This document shows positions 26,896 to 36,248 of a DNA stretch of 64,000 bases, one piece after another. The number at the start of each line of letters is the position of its first letter. Positions within the stretch are counted from its first letter, which is position 1. The stretch comes from a virus. Location of the stretch: positions 1 to 64,000 of the IMG/VR virus record IMGVR_UViG_3300037424_000830. One strand, written 5' to 3'. Position numbers and translations under genes: made by a program. The notes beneath the pieces were generated by a model. That model was not told where the DNA came from. It worked only from the letters and a program-made list of their open reading frames with translations, and did not search any database.

Positions 26896-29418
26896 TTAAC
26901 CACACTGTGTGTAGTCGCAATTGGTACACTTCTTACAACCTTCAGCATAGATTACAGCTGGTGCATAACATTTGGGGCACATCTCACCTTTCGGTTCAGA
27001 CCCTTGTTGAATCGGATTCAAGAAGGGAATTGTAGGCTTTTCAGGAGAACTCTCTTCCAAATGATCTTTGCCCCTGTCTTTGTCCTTTACAAGATGACGC
27101 TCGATAACACCTCCAATATAAGCAACAGGACTTGCATAGAATTTACCGTTGATCCATGCAGTATCGTGCATTGAAGTAACTTGTTTCAGCTCTTCTGCCA
27201 CGAATGAAGGGTCAATACCTGACCGCAGAATCCCTGAGATCATCAAGGTTAGTGCTGTCATCCAATCTGAGTGCCTAGCATCCTTAGACGCGAAGAACAT
27301 TTCGTAGGGGCGTCCATCGTCTGACTTGTTGATAGTAATGTACATCGCGGCTGTCATGCTTGGCCAACGTACTTTGTAGGTGTCTCCAGAAAGGACATCA
27401 ACCCTTTTCGCGCGTTCCTTTATCGGGTGCTCATCCGTGGGCCGCAGTTTGGTGTCTGCCAAGCCAATTGATTGTGAGTCCTTGGAGAGATCTTCTAGAA
27501 TAGATCCCCTCACTTTACTTGGACGATATGTTGTGCATCCCTTGCATCCCGTAGCATATGCGAGCTCATACACTGTTATGAACTCATCATATGTCATCTC
27601 CTCAGGACAGTTGACAGTCTTGGATACAGAAGCATCGACCCAAGATTGACATGCCGCTTGCATTCTGATATGTTCAGCTACCGAAAGCTTGCTTGTTGTA
27701 ATCATGTAGTCGGGTAGCTCGGAGGAAAGAGAATCTAACGACATGTCAAGAGAGCGGCCTGTACAGTGTTTCCAGAAGCGGAAAATAAAGCTCTCCTCAT
27801 CATGGTTGACAAAAGAACTATCAGGCTGAAGAATCCTGCGTCTCATTGAATGTGCAAACACTGGTTCAACACCTGAAGAGATGTTTCCGTATGCGAGTGA
27901 AGTCGTGCCCGTTGGTGCAATAGTGTTCAGGACACCGTTGCGAAGACCATGTGTTGCAATACCATCTCGTAGAGTTGAGGGAAGCTTTTTCGCAATGAAA
28001 CCGCAGTCAGTGATCTTCGGGTCGAATAAAGGGAAGCGCTTGCGCTCGATTGCAAGAGCAACAGATGCTTCATAAGAAGCTATTGCAACAGTACGTTGGA
28101 TCTCTTCTGCAATCTTTGCACCCTTGATAGATCCGTATCTGATACCAAGCTGCGCCAAAGCATCAGCTAGCCCAGCAACTCCGAAACCGAGGCGCCGTTT
28201 GTTGAACTCTTCATCGCGCTGGAGATCAAGCGGGTAGTTCGTAACCTCGATGACGTTATCAAGGAAACGGATTCCGAGGAATGTAACTACCTGTAGAAGT
28301 TCAAAGTCGAAGTATGCATCCTCGGTAAATGGGTTCTTAACCATTCTTGATAGTACAGCATGCGCTAGATTGCAGGTACCATATGGTGGAAGGGGTTGTT
28401 CGCCACATGGATTAGTGCAACGTATTGTCTCAACATATTGGAGGTTGTTGAGAGCGTTAACCCGATCAATAAAGATCACACCAGGTTCTGAATACTCGTA
28501 GGTAGTTGTTGTAATCTTTTCCCAGAGATCACGGGCGCGCCAAACGCTATATACGTATTGCTGCACGCCGTCATCGTCTTCAAAGTCGTACTGTTCGAGA
28601 TTTGGGTTTGAACTTAGATCACGAGTAACGGGTGGAATTGTAAAGTGTAACACCCACTCTTCGTCTTCTTGAACAGCTTGCATGAAGGCATCCGATACAA
28701 GGATTGACATATTAAACATTGTCAACCTGCCGGCAGTTTTCTTTGCGTCGATAAACAGTGGTAAGTCGGGATGAGTATCGCTGATTGTAGCCATCATCGC
28801 ACCACGACGAGAACCAGCACTCATAATAGTTTTACACATTGCGTTCCACATATCCATAAATGGAAGTGGACCAGACGCTTGTGCTCCTGGCCCCAATCTA
28901 TGGAGCCGAGCACTGTTTGGACGTAGAGTAGAGAAGTCAGTTCCAATGCCACCACCTTGCTGCATCGTAAGTGCAGCTTCGGTGAGTCCCTGCATTATTC
29001 CTTCCATCGAATCAGGGACTGTCATATTCACATAACAGTTATGTAGCGTCACACGGTTACCAGTTCCGGCTCCAGCGATAATACGACCCCCAGGCATCAA
29101 GAGACCAGACTCCATCGCTGTAAATACCAAGGGTACAAAATCCTGGAGTGGATCCACTTTCTCACCAAAGATTGCTCTAGCTGTCCGGCTTAAAGCTTGC
29201 GTCCACGGGTCCCCAGCAGCAAGCTTTAATTCTGCTGGAGTACAGTATTTGTCGAGACGCACACGCCCTGTCATAGCAGTAGGCGGAAGAGCATTAAAGC
29301 TCTTGTGTAAAGGATCAATGTCACAAATGATGGACAACATATGCGAAATGTCATCCTTTACTGTTGCACGGAAAGAGAACTCTTGGTTCTGGACTTGATT
29401 TTGGTTAAAGATTGACAT
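26896..29418 (-). CDS. nrdJ: Class II (adenosylcobalamin-dependent) ribonucleotide reductase with a C-terminal zinc ribbon
   Basis: RCTNPCGEQPLPPYGTCNLAHAVL active-site block. C-terminal CPKC...CKKCTNC. Confidence 0.8.
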   Translation of the reverse strand: MSIFNQNQVQNQEFSFRATVKDDISHMLSIICDIDPLHKSFNALPPTAMTGRVRLDKYCTPAELKLAAGDPWTQALSRTARAIFGEKVDPLQDFVPLVFTAMESGLLMPGGRIIAGAGTGNRVTLHNCYVNMTVPDSMEGIMQGLTEAALTMQQGGGIGTDFSTLRPNSARLHRLGPGAQASGPLPFMDMWNAMCKTIMSAGSRRGAMMATISDTHPDLPLFIDAKKTAGRLTMFNMSILVSDAFMQAVQEDEEWVLHFTIPPVTRDLSSNPNLEQYDFEDDDGVQQYVYSVWRARDLWEKITTTTYEYSEPGVIFIDRVNALNNLQYVETIRCTNPCGEQPLPPYGTCNLAHAVLSRMVKNPFTEDAYFDFELLQVVTFLGIRFLDNVIEVTNYPLDLQRDEEFNKRRLGFGVAGLADALAQLGIRYGSIKGAKIAEEIQRTVAIASYEASVALAIERKRFPLFDPKITDCGFIAKKLPSTLRDGIATHGLRNGVLNTIAPTGTTSLAYGNISSGVEPVFAHSMRRRILQPDSSFVNHDEESFIFRFWKHCTGRSLDMSLDSLSSELPDYMITTSKLSVAEHIRMQAACQSWVDASVSKTVNCPEEMTYDEFITVYELAYATGCKGCTTYRPSKVRGSILEDLSKDSQSIGLADTKLRPTDEHPIKERAKRVDVLSGDTYKVRWPSMTAAMYITINKSDDGRPYEMFFASKDARHSDWMTALTLMISGILRSGIDPSFVAEELKQVTSMHDTAWINGKFYASPVAYIGGVIERHLVKDKDRGKDHLEESSPEKPTIPFLNPIQQGSEPKGEMCPKCYAPAVIYAEGCKKCTNCDYTQCG

Positions 29419-29421
29419 GGT

Positions 29422-29730
29422 TCAAGAACCTTTGTGGAGTGTTAAGACTTTGGATTCACCTCTTGAAGCTCCTAGAGCCCCATTAGCTCCATTAGCTTGT
29501 GAGTGTTCAGGACGCTTCGTACCATAGATTATTTGTTCTTGGAGAGTATTGAGTTGTCCGAGAAGCGATTTCCGATGAGGCCCGAGAACGTATGTAAGTT
29601 CACGTAAGGCTTTGTTAACATCTGAGACGGTAACTCGGTTAGGATGCCTTCCGTTTACTGCGAGACCAACATGCCAAATTACAAGGGTTTTCGATTCAAG
29701 GGTGTTATTTATCTGTGCTGCAAGATTCAT
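29422..29730 (-). CDS. Hypothetical protein
   Basis: 102 aa. Tightly packed between polA and nrdJ. No motif recognised. Confidence 0.45.
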   Translation of the reverse strand: MNLAAQINNTLESKTLVIWHVGLAVNGRHPNRVTVSDVNKALRELTYVLGPHRKSLLGQLNTLQEQIIYGTKRPEHSQANGANGALGASRGESKVLTLHKGS

Positions 29731-29739
29731 CTCATCACC

Positions 29740-32436
29740 TTAGTGTTGTGTTATGTTGTGTTGCTCTTCAACGCTTTTGATCCACTTACTGAAGTCAGTC
29801 AGATTTCCCCAACGCTCGCCAACTTTAGCATCGGCTTTGAATGGTACTCTTGTAAGACCCATCATCTTAGGTGTAGCACTAAGCTCTTCGGTTACGTAGT
29901 AATACACTTCCTTTATCAACGGGATGTCGTAGGGTGTCTTCAAGAGTATTGAATCGTGGACAGTATTGTTAACGACGGTCTTGAAGTCCTTCTTCAAACG
30001 CTTACGAACCCGAATACCTGTATCTAACACGATATCGGACGCTGTTGATTGGTGTGGGAAGTTAGCATATTCGTTCTGCAAGTCACGAACCTTCTCGTAT
30101 GTGATCAGATTGGGGCGTTTCTTTCGCCCATACACAGTGGTAATTGTCTTCCCGGTACGAGCAGCTTCCATACACATATTGATAAAAGCCTTGGCTTTCG
30201 GAAAGCGTTTGAACCAGGCTCCGATATATTGCTCGGCCGCTGCAACGGGTTGCTCGATTTGTTCAGCAAGACCGAAAGCTGTGATACCATAGACGATCCC
30301 AAAGTTAACATTCTTGGCAATCATCTTCTGTTCACCTAGTACACGCTCCTTGGACTTTTCTGTGTCATCACTATATGCATTGAATTGTTCGACGTATTTG
30401 TCGTAGAGCTCTGGAGACCAATCGGTGTAGTATCCAAAGATTGTTGCACGGACTTCATCGTGAAGTGATAGCCCTTCAGTATTATAGATCCTGCAGAGCT
30501 CTTCATCACCAGACATGCATGCGAGAGATCTTAACTCTGCCTGATTCAAATCAGGTTCGATGTAGATGAATCCCTTTGGAGCTCTATATTGTCCACGAAT
30601 CCAAGGTAGTCGTGGGACGTTTTGGACATTTGGATCAGAAGATGCTAGACGCCCTGTAACAGTTCCAGGGATCTTGTATGTGGTGTGAACTCTTCCATTA
30701 TCTCCAGCACCAACTATCTTTAGGAGAGGTTTTACATACGTAGACTCAAGCTTTTGGATTTTGCGGTATTTAAGGAGGTTAGTAACGAATGGATGAGCAG
30801 GTAGCTTCTCAAGAGTGTCAACATTCGTTGATTGCCCGATGGGTCCAAGCTTGAGTCTTCCGTAGAGGAGTTCTTGAAGTTGTTTGGGTGAGCGTGGGTT
30901 AACGCCGTAACCCATGGTTTCCTTTGCTATTCTATCCATCTCGGACAGAAAAGGTTTTGCTTCTTTCCTGAGACGCTTCAAATTGCCAATCGTCCATTCA
31001 CGATCGAGATCGATACCCTCAAGTTCAATCTCTGCAAGGTATTCTGTGGCTGGAATAAACAATCGAGTGTAGAGCTTCTCGGTATCTTTGTCAGCCTTCA
31101 CAAGAGGTCGGAGAATGTTATGCAGATGCCAAGTCTTGACAACATCATACATCAGATACGGATAGAGTATCTCCTTTGGAATGTATGCATAAGAAGTGGG
31201 TTCCTTCTTTTTCGTTGCTTTCTTTTTCACTCCGATCTTGAGACCTGCTTCTAGTTCTTCCTCATCATCCTCTTCTTCCCAGTCCTCCTTGATAACAACG
31301 CTTTTCACTTTTGGGAGGTGTGTTTCAAGCATATCCTTGTGTTTAGGAGTACCAAGACGATCGGAAGCAACTTGATCCAAGTCGTGAATCCCCCTCCGTT
31401 CGTTAAGGCCATATGACATAAGCATAGTATCTTCATCAACACGGGCATCCATAATACCACGATGCCAGAAGAACTTAATGTCAAACTTACCATTGTGCCA
31501 AACATACTTGAGGTGCTCAGGGAAGAGATAGTTCCCATAGAAGTCTTGCTCTACAATGTAACATGTCTCTCCCCAATACAAACCGAAGCAAAGAATACCG
31601 TTAGAGTTGTACTGACCAACAACTTTGTTGTCTGCTCGATGGCTGAATGAAGCCGTTTCAATATCGCTTCCAACTACCGTTCCCGTTCGAAGAGAGAACA
31701 TCTTTTGACGAAGCTTATGTGCTTTATCCCACGAGTCAATAATTTCGATAGGTGCGTTAATTGTATTACCTAGAAATCTCTTTTCTGCTAGTTCGAGCTT
31801 TTGATTCGCTGCAGCTGCAATCTCCGCCATCTCTTCTTGCATTGTGGTAGTCTTGATCGGGACTTCACTTTGCGGGATCTCTCTATCATTGATTACACAA
31901 GAAATAGCCTGTTGAATGTCTTCACGGAATTGTTTGTAGCTTCCAGTTCCCCTTAGAAGATATGCTGGGTGTACAGTAGGAAAGAAGCCACTAGTAGATG
32001 TCCCCTGTAAGAGCGCTCGATAATGAGTGCCTCGTACTCGTGTAATTTTAAGCCCCAAGTTGCCTGTAATAGACCACAGAGCAGCATTGCCTAAACCTAT
32101 TACTAATGATCTTGGGTACGCTTCAATCTCTGCAAACAATCGCGGTCTGCAATTGAGGCAAGCAGTCTTGAGCTTGTCCTCATCTTTGTTTCTCGGAAAG
32201 CATTCAAGAGCATTGCAGAAGTAAGGTTCAACACGATCGCTCGGCGCGATGTTCAGATTGTCCCAAGCTACTTTCAAAGCTTCGTCAATTACTTTCCCTG
32301 ATGGTCCGACAAATGGTTGTTGCTTGTATAATTCAATAGCTCCCGGAGCTTCACCGACAATTACTAGTGGAGAGTCTTTTGGCCCCCTGCCGTGAACTTT
32401 AAGCCCACCGAAAATGCATTTAGTACAGCTAGTCAT
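29740..32436 (-). CDS. polA: Family A DNA polymerase with 3'-5' exonuclease and an N-terminal family-4 UDG-like domain
   Basis: UDG4-like: CTKC, VIVGEAPG, FVGPSG, HPAYLLR. Exonuclease: SDIETAS, HNGKFD, YLMYD. Polymerase: DLNQAELR, RLASSDPNVQNVP, KNVNFGIVYG, VHDS. Confidence 0.85.
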   Translation of the reverse strand: MTSCTKCIFGGLKVHGRGPKDSPLVIVGEAPGAIELYKQQPFVGPSGKVIDEALKVAWDNLNIAPSDRVEPYFCNALECFPRNKDEDKLKTACLNCRPRLFAEIEAYPRSLVIGLGNAALWSITGNLGLKITRVRGTHYRALLQGTSTSGFFPTVHPAYLLRGTGSYKQFREDIQQAISCVINDREIPQSEVPIKTTTMQEEMAEIAAAANQKLELAEKRFLGNTINAPIEIIDSWDKAHKLRQKMFSLRTGTVVGSDIETASFSHRADNKVVGQYNSNGILCFGLYWGETCYIVEQDFYGNYLFPEHLKYVWHNGKFDIKFFWHRGIMDARVDEDTMLMSYGLNERRGIHDLDQVASDRLGTPKHKDMLETHLPKVKSVVIKEDWEEEDDEEELEAGLKIGVKKKATKKKEPTSYAYIPKEILYPYLMYDVVKTWHLHNILRPLVKADKDTEKLYTRLFIPATEYLAEIELEGIDLDREWTIGNLKRLRKEAKPFLSEMDRIAKETMGYGVNPRSPKQLQELLYGRLKLGPIGQSTNVDTLEKLPAHPFVTNLLKYRKIQKLESTYVKPLLKIVGAGDNGRVHTTYKIPGTVTGRLASSDPNVQNVPRLPWIRGQYRAPKGFIYIEPDLNQAELRSLACMSGDEELCRIYNTEGLSLHDEVRATIFGYYTDWSPELYDKYVEQFNAYSDDTEKSKERVLGEQKMIAKNVNFGIVYGITAFGLAEQIEQPVAAAEQYIGAWFKRFPKAKAFINMCMEAARTGKTITTVYGRKKRPNLITYEKVRDLQNEYANFPHQSTASDIVLDTGIRVRKRLKKDFKTVVNNTVHDSILLKTPYDIPLIKEVYYYVTEELSATPKMMGLTRVPFKADAKVGERWGNLTDFSKWIKSVEEQHNITQH

Positions 32437-32442
32437 CGGATA

Positions 32443-32457
32443 GCTCAGCTCAGTTCA
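32443..32457. repeat. Pentamer repeat (minus strand TGAAC TGAGC TGAGC) giving TGA in three frames
   Basis: Plus strand reads gctca gctca gttca. The middle TGA is the dpdA stop. The array ends 6 nt before the polA start region. Confidence 0.85.
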
Positions 32458-33301
32458 TTTTCTTACCAAGCGGTCTCTCAGCAAAGAGTTCTGCAATAGA
32501 TGGTGTTACTACTTCAAATTTGAAGTCACTTGGATAACCTGAATTATCGCCTATCATGTTGCGAACTCTGACAATGTTAGCTGCAGTTTGTTGTGTGTAG
32601 TTTCCTGTCTCCCACCAGTCACCACGCGATCCAGCATCGTTAGAGATCATAAAGAGAGTTTTGGATCTTAATGGTACAGCACTGTCGATCCCGATCACGC
32701 CTGGTACAAAACAACATCTTAGATCGTCAAAGGGGTTGTCGCTAAAACCCATTAGATGGATTCTCGCTTTGGGTAAGAGCATCCATGTTGCTTGAATTGC
32801 GTCAAGTCTTGAAGGTGCGATACGTCCTGTAATGTTCCGCGGGAGTCCTACCCAAGTGATGTCTGGAAGATTCATTGCGAGAACCTCAAGACACCGAAGC
32901 CAGTCGATCCATGTCTCACCTTGTGGAATTATAAGAGGCTCAACTGAAGTACTGTACTTCTTGCTGAGACGTTGAAATTCTTCGTACCCCTTGAATGTTG
33001 ACTCGACTGTTTCAGCACTCTTCTTGTATACATCGGGTAATGCAATTGTGTCGGCGCGTACAACACTGGCTGCTTCAAACAGCATATCCATCGTCACTGA
33101 ATCACCGAGTTCAACGACAGAGTTATCCATGTGGACGAAACCGTTAACACGCCTCGCAAAGAGTTCGTGATACTCATGTCGGCTCTCTTCACTCTTGATT
33201 ACATCATGCGCGAGAAGTAAAAAGTAACTCCCGAATAGTCTTGGATCCTTCTTGAGTTCGGAATAGATTCTTGGTGGGCATACAGGTGCAAAGAAAGCCA
33301 T
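32450..33301 (-). CDS. dpdA: TGT-like DNA transglycosylase candidate (DpdA-like)
   Basis: 283 aa. Blocks HMDNSVVELGDS, IIPQG, VGLPR, HLMGFS and GIDSAVPLR resemble the TIM-barrel tRNA-guanine transglycosylase/DpdA pattern. Adjacent to queE-queD-queC. Confidence 0.6.
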   Translation of the reverse strand: MAFFAPVCPPRIYSELKKDPRLFGSYFLLLAHDVIKSEESRHEYHELFARRVNGFVHMDNSVVELGDSVTMDMLFEAASVVRADTIALPDVYKKSAETVESTFKGYEEFQRLSKKYSTSVEPLIIPQGETWIDWLRCLEVLAMNLPDITWVGLPRNITGRIAPSRLDAIQATWMLLPKARIHLMGFSDNPFDDLRCCFVPGVIGIDSAVPLRSKTLFMISNDAGSRGDWWETGNYTQQTAANIVRVRNMIGDNSGYPSDFKFEVVTPSIAELFAERPLGKKMN

Positions 33302-33342
33302 GGTTGTCGTCCCGATCTTTGATTTGAATTATTCCAATTTTT

Positions 33343-33376
33343 ATTATAGAATATCACATGGATGAAATCAAGAGTC
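33343..33376 (-). promoter_or_regulatory. Sigma70-like promoter, class I (GGACTC-TTGATT-N17-TATAAT)
   Basis: Minus strand reads ttGGACTCTTGATTtcatccatgtgatattcTATAAT. -10 at 33343-33348, -35 at 33366-33371, GANTC at 33372-33376. Confidence 0.6.
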
Positions 33377-33422
33377 CAAATGATATTCCGTCACAGACGC
33401 ATTCTTACCTACTTACTCACAC

Positions 33423-34340
33423 CTACTTACCACGAGCATTACCCCAAACGAGAACGTGAAGCTGCGGAAGGAAACGATACACCTTGAGTCCGGGATGCTG
33501 AAAGATGTCTTGCGCTGTCAACTCGAAACACTCCATGAGTGTCTGGGTTAGTTCTGCAGTGTTCTTTGGTTCTTGTCCTGTAATACCAAGAGCTATTCCA
33601 GAGCCTGTCTTACCATCAAGTGTTGGTGGGTAAGGATTTCCAAGCGACAGAAACATTCTCCCCTCCTGTTGTAGGGGATGGATAAAGAGTGTTACAATGT
33701 CTGCGATCATTGCTGCGAATTCAAGATCCTGTGCAGAAAAAACTGGGATCTTAATATTGAAACCAGGATGATGTGCAAATTTGTGGCATGCGTCAACAAA
33801 CTTGTCTCGCTCGAACTTCTCTCCCATCCCAGGAGGCTTTGGACTGATGGTAATCGCGTCAAGCATATTTATCCAGCTTGGTGAAAGTGTACCCTGCGTT
33901 TCGACCGCGACTTTGAACTCCATCGTCTGGAGACCTCGAACGAGAAAGCCAAGATCATGGATAGCCGGGTTACCGCCAGAGAGTGTTATCCAAGGTACAA
34001 AAGGGAGATCAGCAACTGCTGAGAGTATTTCAGTAGACTCCATCCACTTAGCGTTAGCTTTCACATATCGGGGGTCAACAGCATGAAGCGAGTCACACAT
34101 TGTGCATCGATAATCACACAACCCGAAACGAATGAAATGTGTCTGTGTTCCAGCGACGAAACCTTCACCCTGGATTGTCGGTCCAAAGATCTCCATTACA
34201 GGGACTTTCTTAACCTTGTCGGGTTTGATTAGTGCTGACTCTGTATCTGAACGCTGACCTTCTGCAACTACCGACTCGTTTACTTCGTCGATTGTTGTCT
34301 TGTAAATATGCGGGTCAGCGTTAGCGTCAGTGTTAGACAT
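33423..34340 (-). CDS. queE: 7-carboxy-7-deazaguanine synthase (radical SAM)
   Basis: CDYRCTMCDS (CxxxCxxC) and ITLSGGNP. ATG 34340 has a GAGGAA RBS; the ORF-track start 34478 would overlap queD. Confidence 0.75.
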   Translation of the reverse strand: MSNTDANADPHIYKTTIDEVNESVVAEGQRSDTESALIKPDKVKKVPVMEIFGPTIQGEGFVAGTQTHFIRFGLCDYRCTMCDSLHAVDPRYVKANAKWMESTEILSAVADLPFVPWITLSGGNPAIHDLGFLVRGLQTMEFKVAVETQGTLSPSWINMLDAITISPKPPGMGEKFERDKFVDACHKFAHHPGFNIKIPVFSAQDLEFAAMIADIVTLFIHPLQQEGRMFLSLGNPYPPTLDGKTGSGIALGITGQEPKNTAELTQTLMECFELTAQDIFQHPGLKVYRFLPQLHVLVWGNARGK

Positions 34341-34353
34341 TTGTTTGGGTTCC

Positions 34354-34905
34354 TCAAGTTTGTTGCGTTTGTTGCGTTTGTCGTGTTTGAGCGTATTCAG
34401 GATAAGGATCTTGGACAAAATAGGATGCAGAGTTGCCTTCATGTTCAGCAACGGTAACTTTGCGAAGTAAGACACCATTGTAGCCGTTATCAGAAATCCA
34501 GCTTTCAGTATACTGATAGATCATGTAAGCCATTGCTTCGCACCCACAAGCGGGAACAATACGCATCAGGATAAGGCCGTCGCGTTGCATCTGATAGAAC
34601 TTGTCAATCATGGGATCGTCAGATGCGACTAAGGTTGTATGGTCGAAAGTACTTTCGAGCCAGCCGCGAAGGCTCTTGAGGGATCCGAAGTCTACAACCC
34701 AATTACGGGCGTCGAGAGTTGATGCCTCAAACGTAAAGTGGACTTTCAACGCATAGCCGTGTAAGAACCTACAGTGAGACTCTGCACGCCACTGACGAAA
34801 GCAACAAGAGAGCCCCACAGAGTGGTTATATGTCTTGGTAGATTCAAACCGTCCAATACGCAAAACTTTGTTGGCATCAGTTTGTTCAAGCGGAAACTTT
34901 TCCAT
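34354..34905 (-). CDS. queD: 6-carboxy-5,6,7,8-tetrahydropterin synthase-like (PTPS/QueD family)
   Basis: CCFRQW...CRFLHGYALKVHFTFE...VVDFGSLK follows the QueD/PTPS pattern. ATG 34905 after AGGAG. Confidence 0.65.
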   Translation of the reverse strand: MEKFPLEQTDANKVLRIGRFESTKTYNHSVGLSCCFRQWRAESHCRFLHGYALKVHFTFEASTLDARNWVVDFGSLKSLRGWLESTFDHTTLVASDDPMIDKFYQMQRDGLILMRIVPACGCEAMAYMIYQYTESWISDNGYNGVLLRKVTVAEHEGNSASYFVQDPYPEYAQTRQTQQTQQT

Positions 34906-34968
34906 AAGGCTCTCCTGGTTCACTAGTTCACAGTCTCACCAACTCATTAGTTTACTGGCTCGTGAGTG

Positions 34969-35865
34969 TCAAGGACGCCTTATTGGGATATCAGCATACT
35001 TTGTCAAGTCCATGATGCCTGCTATTTTGAAGGCTTCTTTACGGGAGCGACAAGTAGGACAGACACCACAATGTAGCTCCTCACCTTTGTAACAAGACCA
35101 AGTGTTTTCGAAAGGAACGCGATGTTTGGCGCCAAGCTCGACAACTTCAGACTTCATCAACCACTGAAGCGGTGTGTGTAAACGTACTGCTCTGTAAGTG
35201 CCAATGTATATAGCGTTTGCCATGGCGCCAATGAACTCTGGTGTGCAATCGGGGTATGCCCAACCACGTGCATCTTCGGAGTGGGCTCCAAAGTAGATCC
35301 CAGCATGAACACTATCCATATCTGGATCGTGAGTAGACTCACCGTGCACATCTTCAAGCTCTTTGAATTGTTTGTTCACCCACTTCTGTGCATGAGCTGT
35401 GATTGCAGAGAGTAAGGTACCGTTACGAAATGGTACATATGTTGGTGACACTCCCTTGATATCATTGTAGGAAATGTTGGGAACCTCAACATTTCCGATA
35501 CTTTCTGCGGAGAGCATAACGGACTCTCCAGACAGAAGCTTTCCAACGTCGAGAATAGTATGTTTGATCCCCAATTGAATGCAGGTTCGGGCAGCATATT
35601 CAATCTCCTTTTTGTGCCTTTGGCCGTAGTCAATTGATACAGCCTCGACCCAATTTACTAGAGACAGAGCTTTGCAACGTTCAATTGCAATCACGTTCGT
35701 AGCGTCAGGTGCATAGTCATCGATAGCTTTGTAAAGGCACGTAGTGGAGTCGAGGCCACCTGAAAGAAGCACGAATGCTTTCGAACGTGGAAGTTCATCA
35801 AAGACGAAAATCTTCTCGACTTGGTCAGCTACAACTTCTTCATCGCTAACTTTGTAAATGTTCAT
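34969..35865 (-). CDS. queC: 7-cyano-7-deazaguanine synthase
   Basis: PP-loop VLLSGGLDSTT, DYGQRH, YVPFRN, YPDCTPEF, and the C-terminal zinc site CYKGEELHCGVCPTCRSR. Confidence 0.8.
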   Translation of the reverse strand: MNIYKVSDEEVVADQVEKIFVFDELPRSKAFVLLSGGLDSTTCLYKAIDDYAPDATNVIAIERCKALSLVNWVEAVSIDYGQRHKKEIEYAARTCIQLGIKHTILDVGKLLSGESVMLSAESIGNVEVPNISYNDIKGVSPTYVPFRNGTLLSAITAHAQKWVNKQFKELEDVHGESTHDPDMDSVHAGIYFGAHSEDARGWAYPDCTPEFIGAMANAIYIGTYRAVRLHTPLQWLMKSEVVELGAKHRVPFENTWSCYKGEELHCGVCPTCRSRKEAFKIAGIMDLTKYADIPIRRP

Positions 35866-36248
35866 GTTTCTGACTCCTTTGGGTCGGGTAGCTCATCTGG
35901 TAAGTTCGCAGTTCTAACTAATCTGAGCTGCGGTCTAAGAAGATGTTGTGATTGTGGTTGGTCTGATTCCAAATTCGGCACAGATGTAGACACTGTGGAG
36001 ATTGGGGCTGAAGTTGGATACTTCGAAGGATCCCAGTTTCCATCAGCGATAAAGCGGGTGACTTCCTCTCTATGAATCCGATAAGTACATCCGACAGTGA
36101 ATGCCCGAATTTTGTTCTCACGAACCATTGCTAGAGCTGTGGGGTATGAAACATATCGTTCCGGGAAATCTGCACGAAGGTACTTTACGAGCTCGTTAAG
36201 AGAAAGCCACCCCCTCTCGGCGAGCTTATTAGCCAGGGAGGAAGCCAT
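35862..36248 (-). CDS. Excisionase/MerR-type HTH DNA-binding protein
   Basis: LSLNELVKYLR...YPTALAMVRENKIRAFTVGCTYRIHREEVTRFI resembles the excisionase-family HTH. Start is ATG 36248 or GTG 36269. Confidence 0.5.
   Translation of the reverse strand: MASSLANKLAERGWLSLNELVKYLRADFPERYVSYPTALAMVRENKIRAFTVGCTYRIHREEVTRFIADGNWDPSKYPTSAPISTVSTSVPNLESDQPQSQHLLRPQLRLVRTANLPDELPDPKESET

Noticed and set aside
35862-36248. Excisionase-type HTH as evidence for a lysogeny module
   Set aside because: No integrase, repressor/Cro pair or att-like sequence is visible anywhere in the window. The HTH alone does not support a temperate lifestyle.
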